A stretch of 64,000 bases of DNA from Anthoceros angustus (Eukaryota > Plantae > Anthocerotophyta). Under the pieces are notes generated by a model. The model was not told the DNA's origin. It was given only the letters and a program-made list of their open reading frames with translations, and ran no database searches. Position 1 is the stretch's first letter; the number at the start of each line of letters is the position of its first letter. A program made the translations under genes and the position numbers. This document shows, in pieces, positions 37,366 to 50,800 of this stretch. The stretch covers positions 186,001 to 250,000 of the forward strand of contig MU008152.1 in assembly GCA_010909165.1 (NCBI GenBank), read 5' to 3'.

Positions 37366-38769
37366 GGCAGGTGCAGGACAAGGGACTGCTACAGGGGGAG
37401 ATTTACATAGCTATTGTGGCTAATGTCAATTGAAAGGGAAGGTATGTGAAAACATGTATGTGTCGATTCATATCTAGAATAACTGTCTAAGATAACCTCA
37501 TAAAGGGTGCCCTAAAATCTAATTAGGAAAACCTATCTAAAAACGAAACGTGCCCTAAAACTAAAAGGGTGTTCGTGTGACACGCAGATGGCAGGGAAAA
37601 TAACCGCTAAACTGTCACTCAACAGCAAATCGGGTGCATAGCGCATAGAAAACATCTGATCTAATGGCAAAGGCGCCCAATTCAGCGTAATGTGACAAGC
37701 AGGACGCCAGACATCGACGCCAATCCAACGGTCCCCGCCACTAGCGGAACCAGAGAACAGGATCACAGGCAATGCTCATTGGCCCACCTCGCATCAACTT
37801 TATATCGTCGCGTAAATAGTTTAATCGTAGTCCGGATAGGCGATACACAATCACTAATATCTTTGTTACACTGATTCATTCCATGTTGCATTCGTTTCTC
37901 CATATCATGTAAAGCAGTGAGAAACAGGTCTTGTCTTGCAATCAATTGTGAGATACGAACATCCAATCTGCCGTAGTGATAGTTGATCAATTTCAACAGA
38001 GATTCGTTTGGGACATCGTCATCATTCTCTTCATCTGAAATTGGCTCATCTAAATTTAGAAATTTCTCCTTCAATTTAGAATTTTGCAGATTATCGTAAA
38101 TTGATGGAGCCCTTCGGGTTCTCAAATTTCTCTGCAAGTTATGGCCAGAATGATGATACGATGATTCTCCTTTGCAATCTCGCAATTGATTGCGATACTG
38201 TCTTCGTTCTTGTGCTAGCCTGCTCCAATGCGCGCGGATCTGGGTGCGATACTCATCGAGGTATTGACACCATGGCCCGTTGCGCCTTGGAGGAATCCAC
38301 TGCACTTCTCTCCGGTTGCGTGGAAACACTTCACGCGATGGAGGAGGTGAACAAGGTCTCCTAAGAAGTAGAGACGGCTCCTCGTCTCTAATTTTGAGGG
38401 TGTGAAAACGGGGGTTTGTTTTCGGAAAACCGTGTATTAGGCTCTTTTAAAATTCTACTTAAAATGATGTATGAAGAATGAAGAGTTTTCAAATGAAACC
38501 GCATTTCAAGGTTTGTTTACTAATTTTTCCTTTTTTCCTCTATACTATATGACCTACCCTTAAAAACACGCAAGATTTGAAGATAACACCGATGGGGTCT
38601 GTTTGCACATTTTCACACCACCAAGATTTCAATAAGCGCTCACATAAGCGCTCACATAATAAATAGGAAAGTGTTTAAGCCGCTCACATCGTAAATAGGA
38701 AAGTGGTGGAACGATTCAACAAATGAAACGACGACTCCGGACATCCGGCAGCGCGCACTGCTCCAGGAG

Positions 38770-41700
38770 TCAAAAGGGTTTTGATTTAAATATCCGGACA
38801 CACGGTGCAAGCGCCGACGCGTATGATGCCTGGTGCTTGAGCGAATCGCTTTTTAACGCCGTGGGACATGGCGCCGTCCGCCATTGGCCGTTGAATAGCA
38901 CGAATGTATTCACCCCATCGCCTCCGCGCCATCCAAAGTGCTTCGGCCCGCCGACAACCGGGTCTTGTTCGATGGGGTTTGGATGCAAAGCCATTCCGCT
39001 AATTGCACCATGCTCCACAACGCGGAGATTTGGAATGGCCGCCTCAAGGATTTGGTTCACCATCATGCGTGCACGACAATGTGCCGTCAGATATGGGTAA
39101 ACAAGGAATGAGTAAAAGGATCGCTACCGCAGGTGGTCATCCACCCGTTCGATTTACCAATCAGCCCGTTTGATTGTCAATGAGCAAATGTTTCAAAGAT
39201 CCCTCCGTGAAGAGTGCCAATGCTCAAACATGAATGCCGGAGGGCTAGCGGGCGGGGCCGCCGTCAGCAGGATAGCACCGACAGCCGGCAAAGACCGCTA
39301 TCCGTGTCGAGGTTGGTGTGCCGACATGTATGCCTCACTACAAGTCAAAGCACAAATCTGTTCTTCACGAGTCCAACAAGTAAAACGCAACTATGCTTGT
39401 CAATCGGGTCCTCCACGCACATCCCCACCAAACGATTCGGATGCTAGATATTGTTTTCGTCCACCCATGCGGTGGGGAGTCCACCGTGGATCATACTTCT
39501 CGGTCAACGACTCAATGGGAGCTCGCTTTCCCATCATCGTGCCCAAATGGCAGTGCCGCACCTGTGTCATCGTCCGCACGCGCCTCGCCCATGACGTCTC
39601 GCAGCTTTTCACCATCCGCCAATGCACCGCACACACATCTCCCACAACACCAAACATCGGGGCTCTATCACATCTCCGGATGTGGCTCTCTGCCGAATGC
39701 ACGCCGCTTGAGCCACAACCGCCTCACACCGCTGAGTTCACCATCGGCTCTTTGCTAAACGCCTTGGGTCCCGTGACAGCCTTGATCTCTCCCACCTCCT
39801 CCTCCTCGCTCGGCCAAAGGCCCAAATTATTCAGAGATCCATGAACCGAATCGCCTGGGATCCACGTCTATTGAAATGACATCGCCTGCACTTGATAGCC
39901 GCAACCATTCGACCTGAGCTCGCACACCGCCTAAGACCCACTCGCCTTCCATACGTATAGCTCAATGAGCTTCTTCAACAACTGATGGGCTTTTGATATG
40001 GGCATACCACCCTATCATCTGCCGTGTTATAACACGCCTTATGTTCCATCGCTTCTCAAAAGCAAGATGTCAACCCTTTCCATCTTTCATAAGCAGAAAG
40101 ACCGAGAGAGAAATGTTGCGCCGACAATCCCGCTTGAGGGCGCCCGTGGTGATGTAATCACCGCATCATACAACTTGTCCGCTCCTTTCACATTGGTTTT
40201 GTGCCGACGAATCGACACCTCCTTTACATGTTGCAAGCAATACATCCCGGACCATTGACATATCATCCGGCGAATGAAATACCACGATTCTAAATACCTC
40301 GACGCCAGATGCCCGAACCGCATGATGACGTTTTCAAACTCAAGGCGATTGAACGCGTGTCATACTCTCTCGAGTTAGCATCCAGACCAACCCTCTTGGC
40401 AAGTCCAAGCAACATAGCATACGGTGGGTTCCACAATGGGCCATCCTCACGATGTTCCCACATATTATGCCTACCTTCTGGATCTCCGGTGTCATCTCGA
40501 ATGTCTTTAACTTGTCGGGACTTATGGTCTCCAACAACTCGTTGCTCATCCTCCATTATTTTCCATGCTTTGGCCTTCATAACGTGTTCCTTGAAATTGT
40601 CGGGAGTGCACTCCACTCAAGACAAGCATTCGTCACGGCGCAAAAGGGCACCATCATAGACAAGAACATCGCGGCAAGTGAAGCAAGCCCAAAGCCACCA
40701 AGCTGCTCACACATGAAATGATCTCAAATGCACCGGCCACTGGAAATGCAAGACCAGGTGTCATCGACCATAGTTTTGAACGGCCGAAGTTGCCGATCCG
40801 CTCGACAAGATCGTATTGAGGGTAGCGCCCCTAACCGCTCAAAGGTCTCACAGTTCTTTGCAAGTGTGACGTGGATGAGGTTCAATTTTTGGCTTTCCAG
40901 CCACCCTTGCATTTGCCTCAAACTCATTTCTCCGCATGTAACCTTCATACATGCTTGTCAATCGGGTCCTCCACGCACATCCCCACCAAACGATTCGGAT
41001 GCTAGATATTGTTTCGCTGTCCATGCGCCGGGGGAGTCCACCGTGGATCATACTTCTCGGTCAACGACTCAATGGGAGCTCGCTCTTCCCCATCATCGTG
41101 CCCAAATGGCGAGCGCACCTGTGTCATCGCACGCGCCTCGCCCATGACGTCTCGCAGCTTTTCTCACCATCGCCAATGCACCGCACACACATCTCCCACA
41201 ACACCAAACATCGGGGCTCCATCACATCTCCGGATGTGGCTCTTGCCAATGCACGCCGCTTGAGCCACAAAATCGCCGCCACCGCCGCTGAGTTCACCAT
41301 CGGCTCTTTGCTAAACGCCTTGGGTCCCGTGCAGCCTTGATCTCTCCCACCTCCTCCTCCTCGCTCGGCCAGGCCCAAATTATTCATCAGATCCATGAAC
41401 CGAATCGCCTGGGATCCACGTCTATTGAAATGACATCGCGCCTGCACTTGATAGCGCAACCATTCGACCTGAGCTCGCACACCGCCTAAGACCCACTCGC
41501 CTTCCAGAGCTCAATGAGCTTCTTCAACAACTGATGGGCTTTTGATATGGGCATACCACCCTATCATCTGTGTTATAACACGACTTATGTTCCATCGCTT
41601 CTCAAAAGCAAGATGTCAACCCTTTCCATCTTTCATAGCAAGCAGACCGAGAGAAATGTTGCGGCCGACAATCCCGCTTGAGGGCGCTTGCCCCGTGGTG

Positions 41701-43250
41701 ATGTAATCACCGCATCATACAACTTGTCCGCTCCACGCTTGGTTTTGTGCGGCAAGCGAATCGACACCTCCTTTACATGTTGCAAGCAATACATCCGGAC
41801 CATTGACATATCATCCGCGAATGAAATACCACGATTCTAAATACCTCGACGTTGTGATGCCTCGAACCGCATGATGACGTTTTCAAACTCAAGGCGATGA
41901 ACGCGTGTCATACTCTCTCGAGTTAGCATCCACCCAACCCTCTTGGCAAGTCCGCAACATAGCATACATCGGGTTCCACAAGCCATCCTCACGATGTTCC
42001 CACATATTATGCCTACCTTCTGGATCTCCGTGTCATCTCGAATGTCTTTAACTTGTCGGGACTTGCGGTCTCCAACAACCGCCGTTGCTCATCCTCCATT
42101 ATTTTCCATGCTTTGGCCTTCATAACGTGTTCCTTGAAATTGTCGGGAGTGCACTCCACTCAAGACAAGCATTCGCCGCACAAAGGGCAAAGCACCACCG
42201 TTAGACAAGAACATCGCGGCAAGTGAAGCAAGCCCAAAGCCACCAAGCGCTCATACACATGAAATGATCTCAAATGCACCGTCGGTGTGGAACAGCGTGC
42301 AACTGACCATCGACCATAGTTTTGAACGCTGGCTGGAAGTTGCTGATCTGCTCGACAGTACTGTATTGAGGGTAGCGCTCCCTAACCTGCTCAAAGGTCT
42401 CACAGTTCAGGTTCTTTGCAAGTGTGACGTGGATGAGGTTCAATTTTTTGGCCTTCTCCAGCCACCCTTGCATTTGCCTCAAACTCATTTCTCCAGACAG
42501 AACCTTCATACATGCGTTGTCTTAAGGTTGTTGTTGCCCGCAGCAGAATGTTCGATACCCTGGAAACACTTCCACACTCTCACTGGCACATCCGCTTCTT
42601 TAACCTCAATGACCACAAGGTCTCTCACGTAGGTGTGTTCCGTGTCCTCCTCGTGGCCTTTGTCTGCTTTTTGCTAAGGGCTGCATCCACTGCTCCTGAA
42701 TCGCACATTCCCACTTCTCAAATATCTCGTCCACATACCTCCGGACTTCTTCATCAACTTTTGCCACACAAGAGTCCATGTTCTTGTCCACAAGCCCGTG
42801 ATACTGCACTTGGGGCCATGCTTTGTTGCATCCACTTTGGGATCCCCAGCGCCGCATACACATCCAGCCCGCCACGCCGCACTTCAAACCTTTCGATCTC
42901 CTAGATAGCAACTCACTTCTAATGTAACGACTCGGTCCATGAAAGTAAATGTCTTTCTTGCATCCGCGATCGTGTTGTGGTCCGAGCTACAATCCTCATC
43001 TCGTCCTCTGTGAGTCCAGCTAGGACATATGCATCCATCCACTTGTACTCTTCCTTCAAGGTGGGATGAGATGACGGACCTTGCCTCGAAAGAATGATTA
43101 CCCCCAAGACGAAAACTGTACACACCTTGGTCCACCTTCTCAACGCCGAAATTGCTTTTGTCAAGACACCGTGAAGGATCGACTATCACAACCATTGGAA
43201 GACACCACCACCCAGGATGTTTCATCTTTTGCATCAAAGCCTCCACCCAA
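38770..43250 (-). pseudogene. ParB-like domain fused to a beta-class amino (N6A/N4C) DNA methyltransferase, frameshifted
   Basis: LGGNHSFEAR...AGLTEDEMRIVA.DHN (43108-42960); KVGIICGNIVRM then YAMLLADLPRG (motif IV-like, 40391-40405; consensus of two copies); VVFHS..(W)HKTN; CPYQKPI.LLKKLIELY..EGEWVL..CASSG.MVAAIKCRR.VISIDVDP (motifs X-I-II, 40004-39860). Confidence 0.75.
39393..42512. repeat. ~1.56 kb tandem duplication of the amino-MTase region
   Basis: ATGCTTGTCAATCGGGTCCTCC at 39393 and 40951; the copies differ mostly by 1-3 nt indels. Confidence 0.9.
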
Positions 43251-46200
43251 GCGAGATCCGCTTCTCACCGCCTCACACAGCTTCCTCCGTGGTTTGCAAC
43301 ACTTGATTGGCAGCTTCAAAGTAGACTCCCAAACTCGTTTGATAGCAATACCGTCCCTTCTACGTCCCGCAGACCGCTCTTATTGCGAAGCCCGCCATCA
43401 TCGTAGCGACTGCTACCGTCCTTAGCTTTCTCCACAAACCCGGGCGGGTTCATCCTCCTCTTCTTCTTCGCTCTCCTCCACAATTGGCTTCCTTGTTTCC
43501 CTTTGATTTCTTGGCTTTCCCATTGTCATGTGCACCACCCCGAACTGCTTTGCCAACAAAAGCTCCTCCTCTTCCTTCCCTTGCGACTTCCCGACGATGG
43601 GGACTCGCTTGCACCCTTCTACGATCCAACACCCGCTAGACCTGTGAGCAATCACGGATGGGGAGAGAACCTCGAGATCGCCTTTCTTGCCGCCGCCAGC
43701 CTTCCTCTTCGTCTGCAGAGCCACCTTCGCATCCCGATCGCCTTCCGACTCGCAAAATACCATCCGGAAATGCCTCATTGTCCTCACGCCCCCGTGTCCT
43801 CGCCGCATCCGGGCTTCCTTCCCTTTGCCGCGGATGAGTTATGCGCATGGGGGTCACTAAGTCCGCCGGCTCCGCTCAAAACCCGGACGTCCGGCCGGTC
43901 GGGCACATCCGGGCATCACCAGCTCTGCAAGTGACACGAATGCGCCGGGCTCACCGCCATGACCTCTGCATTCTAAGCCAATCCCAAACATTTGCGTAAT
44001 CTTTATTCCTTGGATGCTTTCAAAGTGATTGGTTGTTTCAACCGTATGCACCGTGGGTTGTTTCCCAATATTTGCACCGTAGTAAGCATACCATCTTCTC
44101 CATTGCCGGGCTGCATCCTTGCAAATGCCCTTGTTGGTTGCTTCTCGATGGTAATTGCTTCGCGCGATGAACGGTGGGTTGCGCGCAGAGATGCATTTCA
44201 CTGCACGGTCCACATGCACCGCCACGCCATCGAGTATCCCGGCGGATGCACCCCGCCTGGCCATACCGGTGGCGACCAAGTCGACCGCTTTAGCTCCACT
44301 AACGGTTTGCCTCACTCCTTCTAAACAAATTTGGTGTATAACCTTGTGGAACACAATGTACCCATCATTGGCTCTCAACCGCAGCAGTTCCTCACGGACA
44401 CCTCCTACCGGCAAGACAGGTCAAAAGTCTTGATCGCAGATGAGTAGACGCGAACGACATTGGGGTCGTTTAAGCCGTGGTCTTTCGGTGCACAGGAAAA
44501 TTACGTACCCCTGGTCATTCTTCTCAACGAATCGTGAATGTAATCGCCCCGACATGAAGACTTTGAACTGGACCGTGGTGCACCCATAATGTACACATAC
44601 ACCAATTGGCCAGCAGGACGCGTACCCGTGTCTTGTCCGAGATGTCGAATCTGAGAGTGCTCCATAAACAACTTTCTCAACATATCGATTTCCGCCTTGT
44701 AAGGACTTTGAAACGATGCTGCTGGAGTTGATGTGGTGGGGCGGGGTCACCACCGCCGTGTTCTCGCATGCCGGGGTCGGTCTGGACTCGTGCTTCCATC
44801 CGGGCTCGCGAATCAACGGCCTTACGCCGCGTTTTTTGTCCGCCGCACTCCTTCTCCATCGAGCATTGTTCCGCTTCTTCTTTAGAGGGCCATCTGTACA
44901 AATTGAGCAAGCCGGTCAACGCTCAAGGGTCTATGAGCACCTAATCGGAATGCAATGGTGAATCAAGAGCAAGAAACAACCTCTCCACTGTCGACCCCGA
45001 TGTCCGGCAATGACACCAACTTCGTGATGTACCACCCCGCACCACACTCCTATGGTTCGCATGGACAACAATACTATGAGAATGTGCCTCTATACCCGCC
45101 AGATTTAATCCATTTTTGGCGCCAAATTCCTTCAAGAATAGACGATCGCATGATGGCTCATGGCAACTAGATCGCGACCATGTGGACTCGCATGAATCGA
45201 TACGGTCAAATTGCAAAGGTGGTGGGGCGGCATTTTGCCAAGTTTAGCCGGCCGTGGCTCAATCACAACAAGGAATACAAGATACTTCCACAATATTCTG
45301 GTTTTGCCAATAAAATCGCCGCCACTTGCATAACATCCGACGCCCCGATCATGGCAATCATTTGTGGCATTTAACGGTCTTCCCGCCATGAGTCAGAGCA
45401 AATCTCACATCCGTGTTTATCGACGTCATTGCGGTCCAAAGATCCGAGATATTTAGAAGTCACATCTTAGAAACCTCGACTCTATGTGTTCGACTCGAGC
45501 ACATTGCGACCATCATTGTTGGCTTGTCTCTGGTAGCACGCAATGGCTAACGACCTAAGCGTAGAGGAGGAGTTCTTTGATTTGGTAAACGACAGAATAG
45601 TTCCAGCTGATGCAGATCTCGGACATGTGTTTGAGTCCGAGATAGTGGACTTGGCGGCGGTGGCCTCGACAGACTTCCATGTCGACGACCTCGCACCGTG
45701 TCGATTCCATCTAGTAGACATTGCCGCTGCACCACCGAGTTGAACCCCGGACGTCCGGTGATGGCTTGCCCGCAGCACGGGAGGAACGTGAGTACATGGC
45801 CTTAGATGAAACGGACTGCGGGGTGATACATCGGACGTGGCCGATGGAGATTTGCTCTTGTTTGATCCTCGGATGGACACCAACGGGCCGCGGGATCAAG
45901 AAGAAATCGCGCCCATGTGGGACCGGGTGGCCGCGCCGGCCGCCATCCGGAGAGGCCTCGATATCCCACCGACGCAACTGGGCCCGACCCGCCTGCCTGT
46001 ACCCGGTTTGTTCAAGTCACCAGAGCGAAGAAATTGGCCAGATGCTCGATCCAAGTCCGCAAATGGGATTTCTCCGGCGCCCACTGGAGACAAGGTGGCG
46101 CCAACAACAAACCCATTTTGTGCGTCGCAGGAGTACTATCAACCTTGCGGCCACTGTGAACCACTCATGAGAACAGCACGGATTCTGAATCAGAGAGTAT

Positions 46201-46499
46201 TGCTGAGTCTCCGGATTGTGGTGAGATTGTGCATGAGATCGTGGATTTTGGATTGCAATATGCACTGGTGGGTCATGAAGGCACTAGTAGAGGAAGGACA
46301 CGGAGATCACATCTGGTACGCGACCCAATTGCACTGTTCGGAGATGTGAAATCACCTGACCACGGGTTACATTTGCCAGAAATGCTGCCTCCTGCTAATC
46401 CTAAGTCTAAAGGGCTGGAGTTGTATTCGTGGCGGTGTGTGTTCCACCAAGAACCGCAGCAAGAGTTGTCGGATCACGCTCGAAGCACCGTGAATCGGA

Positions 46500-47800
46500 C
46501 GGCCATGTGCGGACTCGAGAAGGCTGGCTGCGAAAAAGTGCTTAGGCCGGTGAAGGCAAACTCAAGTCGATCCGTGTGTCCTTTTTTCCATGACGCAAGG
46601 GAGCAGGAACAAGATTTACAAGACCTTATTGATATGGTGGAGGACGAGGAAACGGTGGTGGACGGATGGGTGAACAAGGTACCACATGGGAAGGTTCCGA
46701 TATGTGAGCATTCTCACGGTGTTCGTGATTGGAGCATCATGGTACGGAATGCTCAAACCCGAGTACAAAAGGGAACCAGTGTAGAGGCAAGGCTTGGAAG
46801 AATCCCAACTTCATATGGTCTACAAGTCGTGATGTGGATGGATACCTTTTCAAAGGAAATGTGGAGAGACTACCCAGAGAAGTATTCAATGCCTCGATAC
46901 ATTCACAAAGGAGGAGATTTTCATAGAGTATGCTGCAACAAAAGCTAGAACAATTACCACACATGTATGTTACAATATTTCGTAAGTGTGGATACGCCAC
47001 TTTCGGTCGGTGAAGATTCCACGATGCAACTGCTTTTCAATATGTCGTGAGAAACGAAGCGAAAATAAAAATGCGAACGATAGAGCAAGGTGAAGGCATC
47101 CATCTTAGATATGTGGTTAAACAACGGATGTCCGGTGATTGGCAGCTGTCTTTATGGGCAACCCAAAGCCCGTTTTAGGGTTTTGTACAAATATTTGCTC
47201 TTCCCGGTCCCAAGGAACGCTTTGCCTTGACCTGGACTTGTACTCATGGTGCGCCTGCCTTGTATGTGCGCATAACCGAGAGCTCCTTAATTACCACCGC
47301 GATCAACAATGTAAGGAGCGGGCGAAGATGGCGAAGCATCGCGTGTATGGCTCAACCGACCAAGTACATTGGAATGGCGATAGATGGTATGGATCAAAAA
47401 CCGAGTTGCCTCATTTCCGTAGAGTGCCCAAGGATGTCGACATCGCAGCCCTTGTCTCGCTCATGTGCTTGGGGTTTTGGTGTTTAGCAAATACATGCGG
47501 ACTTCGTACCTAAGCTTCCCCAATATTCTAATGATGATCCTAACGGGACAATAGTTGGTCCAAAGATGTTATTGGGAAGGCCACTTGCCTAAAATAAAAT
47601 TGTATAAGAATCAAGAGGTGTTGGCGTAAAGATGTTAGTGTCCAAGGGTATTTTCAAGAAGGTTAAAGTGGGCTTTTAATTGTTGGCTATACCCATGATC
47701 GATTGATCAAATGTTCTCCTGCTGAGCTGAGGCTTGCCTTGAGCGATACTCCATCGCAGAGAGCGATACTCCATCACCGAAGGAAGGAAGCCGACTTCAA
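46500..47800 (+). pseudogene. DDE-type transposase relic
   Basis: QPTKYIGMAIDGMDQ (47383-47397), then LPHFRRVPKD, and GIFKKVKVGF..VG.TH...DQMFS (~47647-47718), preceded by a Cys/His-rich region. Confidence 0.6.
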
Positions 47801-50800
47801 GAAATATCCGTGGCCACCGGTGGTCCCTCAGAATATCTGCCGCACAATCACGCTTTCAACATCGCTTTAAGATAACTCGAGAAGAGTTGCCTAGTCACAG
47901 TATGTTACGGTTGAGGTGCAAGCATTTTCCACCGCACCGGACCCCGATGGTGGTGTGCACTGCTATGGATGGAGTACGAGAGGGAGATTGTGGCAGCGTG
48001 AGCTGGTGCCATTGCATGTGAGGGCGAAAGGCAAAGGGCAAAAGGAACATGCAGACCGCCTCGCAGTGCCGGGAGTGGAGGACAATAGGCGCTTAAAACG
48101 TCGATGTTTTTAATGATCAACAACTCACAGGGAAGCTCGGGAGGAGCAACTAGCAATAGCGGTGTGGTAGCCTCGTGCTCTCCTCCACGGAAACCGATGG
48201 ACATGGTATAATAGAGGAGAGCAGCACCCACAACAACCAAGATCCAGATGAAGTGGTAGTAGATGCATTAGCAAGACGATATTCGGACAAGAGCGAGATT
48301 TACAGTGCACACAGATCATCGCTAGACGACAACGTCTCGCAAAGACAGAGGGTCTATTGCGTAGATTGAAGCAGCATGATGCTTACAGACAGCGGATGAC
48401 CCGAGGGCCGTCCTTCGGGCCGGGTAAGGTTGTGTTGACCATGATGGTGTTGAACTGATAGCACAAGTGCATTGGTGGCGATCAAAACCAAAATGCACTG
48501 GACGGAAGGTACTGGAAGAGTGGGTGCCATGCACCCCAACAAAGAAGCCGGAGGAAAGGGAGACGGAACCCTTTGAAGAGGCATGTGCAACCCATCAATC
48601 TAATGGAGACAACAATTATGGGTTATGATTTTGAGCTAACGAGGAACAGGACTTTGAGCAAAGACACAATGGAAATGTTGAAGAGAAAGATCTTTGAGCT
48701 TCGAGCGAGCCAAGTGAGGAATCGCTTTGCTTCCTCCGCTTGATACCGCAGAAGTGGTGACGAACGGATTGATTCCGGCGATCTCGACAATGTTGAATCT
48801 TGATGCATCCGTTGATTATTTGGTGGACTTGCTTGAAGGTGTGGACTCGTGAGGAGCCGATCGCAACCCACCTAGGATTCTAAATTTTGAGGTTGGCCAG
48901 ATAGAATCATGAAGTCTCGCATGCCGACTTAGCAAGGATGTAACCAAAGGTTTTTGTCCGGGTTGCACCGACGTGCGGGTCACGTTGATGCCGGACCGGA
49001 TGTCCAGGTTGTTTGTTGGTTCTCAATGTATGGAAGGCATGATTCTGCTCACCAGATAGCTTGTTTGGCGCTTGATGGGAACGGGGAACCCCGATCGGTT
49101 GAACGGGGAAACCCCGATCGTGGTTCGGGCTTCAAGGCTTGGATGCGAGGGAGCGGTGTGAAGGAGGTTGATTAAACCCCAAACCGGCGGTGTTCGCCCC
49201 TTACTCTCCTACTCCAATTACTTCCCATGTTCGCCCACCTTTACGGTTTATGCTTGAGTGTGGATGCTGTTGCCTCCGCAGCGCCGCTCACTGGAGGTGA
49301 GGCGTTGCGGGTAATAAATCCAGGGAAGGGGCTTGTTCGCGCGACGCGCGTTGGGTCGACAAGAAGACGACCGTGGTGCAAGGCACGCTTTTCCGCAATC
49401 CGTGAGTGCATGGGAGTTGCACACATGGCATGTTGCCTTTTCCTCCACTCGCTCGCCCCTGCACTGACCAGTTGGCCATCCTAGTTGCTATTGCAGCTGA
49501 ACCGATGCGGGGTTATGGCGAGGTGCCGAGCCCACTATCACCGCATGCAATCGAGGAACCGTGCGCGCCATCGTGCTTTTCGTGTGTTGGTGTTCGTGCG
49601 CAGAGGTTGCACCGTGAATAATGAGGACGAGGAGTGGTTGATACGCCCCCCCGTGATCAAGCGGACATCCAGCAAAGAGGGCCGGGAGGAGGTCCTCGAC
49701 GCAGTGCGGCGTGGCCGGCAAGAGGGAGGAATCCTCCTGCCTGAGGAAACCTCGCTGTGTGGCACCTGCCATCCCGAACGCCGCTTGGTTTCAAGGGGAG
49801 GTGGGATCCGAGTTCTTGCGCGAGCCTGAGGGGAGTGGACACCTCCTGAGAACCCCGAGATGAGGAACCGCGAGATATCTCTCGTGTCCCATGGCTGGGA
49901 GGAGCCGACGGCAAGAGGAGCCTTCGCAGCCAGCCCTACTCGCAGTTGAAGGCTGAAAATCGGAGCTTTCCTGTGAGGAGAAGGAGGTCAAGATGCGTGT
50001 GGTCTCGCGAGGCGGCGAGAGGGAGCTGGCCTTGTGATGGCGGGGCGCCGCCAAAGCATCGGCAAGTGGAAGGAGCTTCCGTGAAGACCGCGGTGATAAC
50101 GCCACATGTGCATGCGTTTTTCCTCCTCCGGATGCCTTTGTATGCGCGCCAGCTTGGTCTTGTGCATGATGAGTCAAAGTGCATTGGTGTATGCATCGTG
50201 TTCGTGACGGGAGGTGTACAACAGAGATTAGGATTTTGACAAGTTTTGGGTAGGCACATGAGACATTTTAAAGCTTTCCTTTGTTCACATAGGAACTTTC
50301 TTAGTTATGTGGGACTGAGTTGAGGGTGAGCTCAAGGAGCTCCATGGACGTTATGTTCACGCTGATTGTGTGTGTGTGAGGTTAGGCTTGGGATGTTTGG
50401 ATCACCATGCATTCGATACTTGTCTGTCTTCGTCCATTAGACGCTTGCTTATCGATGCATGCGAGATGCGGAACGCGCTTACCAAGTGGATAAGTAAGTC
50501 TTTCGAAGGCAAGAGGAGGGTCGTGCCGGACGTCCGGCCACGGCAGCTACCGGAAACGGATATTACTTGCTCCTCATGCTTTCTATTCCATACGATTCCG
50601 AAAAGTGTGGATATGTTGGTTTGAAATTACTAGGATATTTATACTGAAATTCGAGCCTGCCTTGGAACACGATTTTTCTAAATAGCATTGGCGGTATGTT
50701 TGCCTAACCGATGTATAAAATAGCCTTCATCATTATTGTTGGTCAAGGGCGGGTTTGGAACGAGGCATATATTGATTACTAACGGTACAAATGTGTCGAT

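Noticed and set aside
40145-40175. YDAVITSP as an SPPY-type (N4C) motif IV
   Set aside because: It is only ~50 codons before QKP, too close for beta-class spacing, and is followed by R in both copies.
40420-40437. WNPPY read in ORF 40290..40616 as the amino-MTase catalytic motif
   Set aside because: It lacks the preceding hydrophobic strand and reads NPMY in the second copy; the adjacent MLLADLPRG fits motif IV position better. Left as an open alternative only.
42614-42628. 14-nt match ACAAGGTCTCTCAC to the candidate right TIR
   Set aside because: Matches of this length are expected by chance in an all-versus-all comparison of 64 kb; it lies inside the ParB-MTase ORF.
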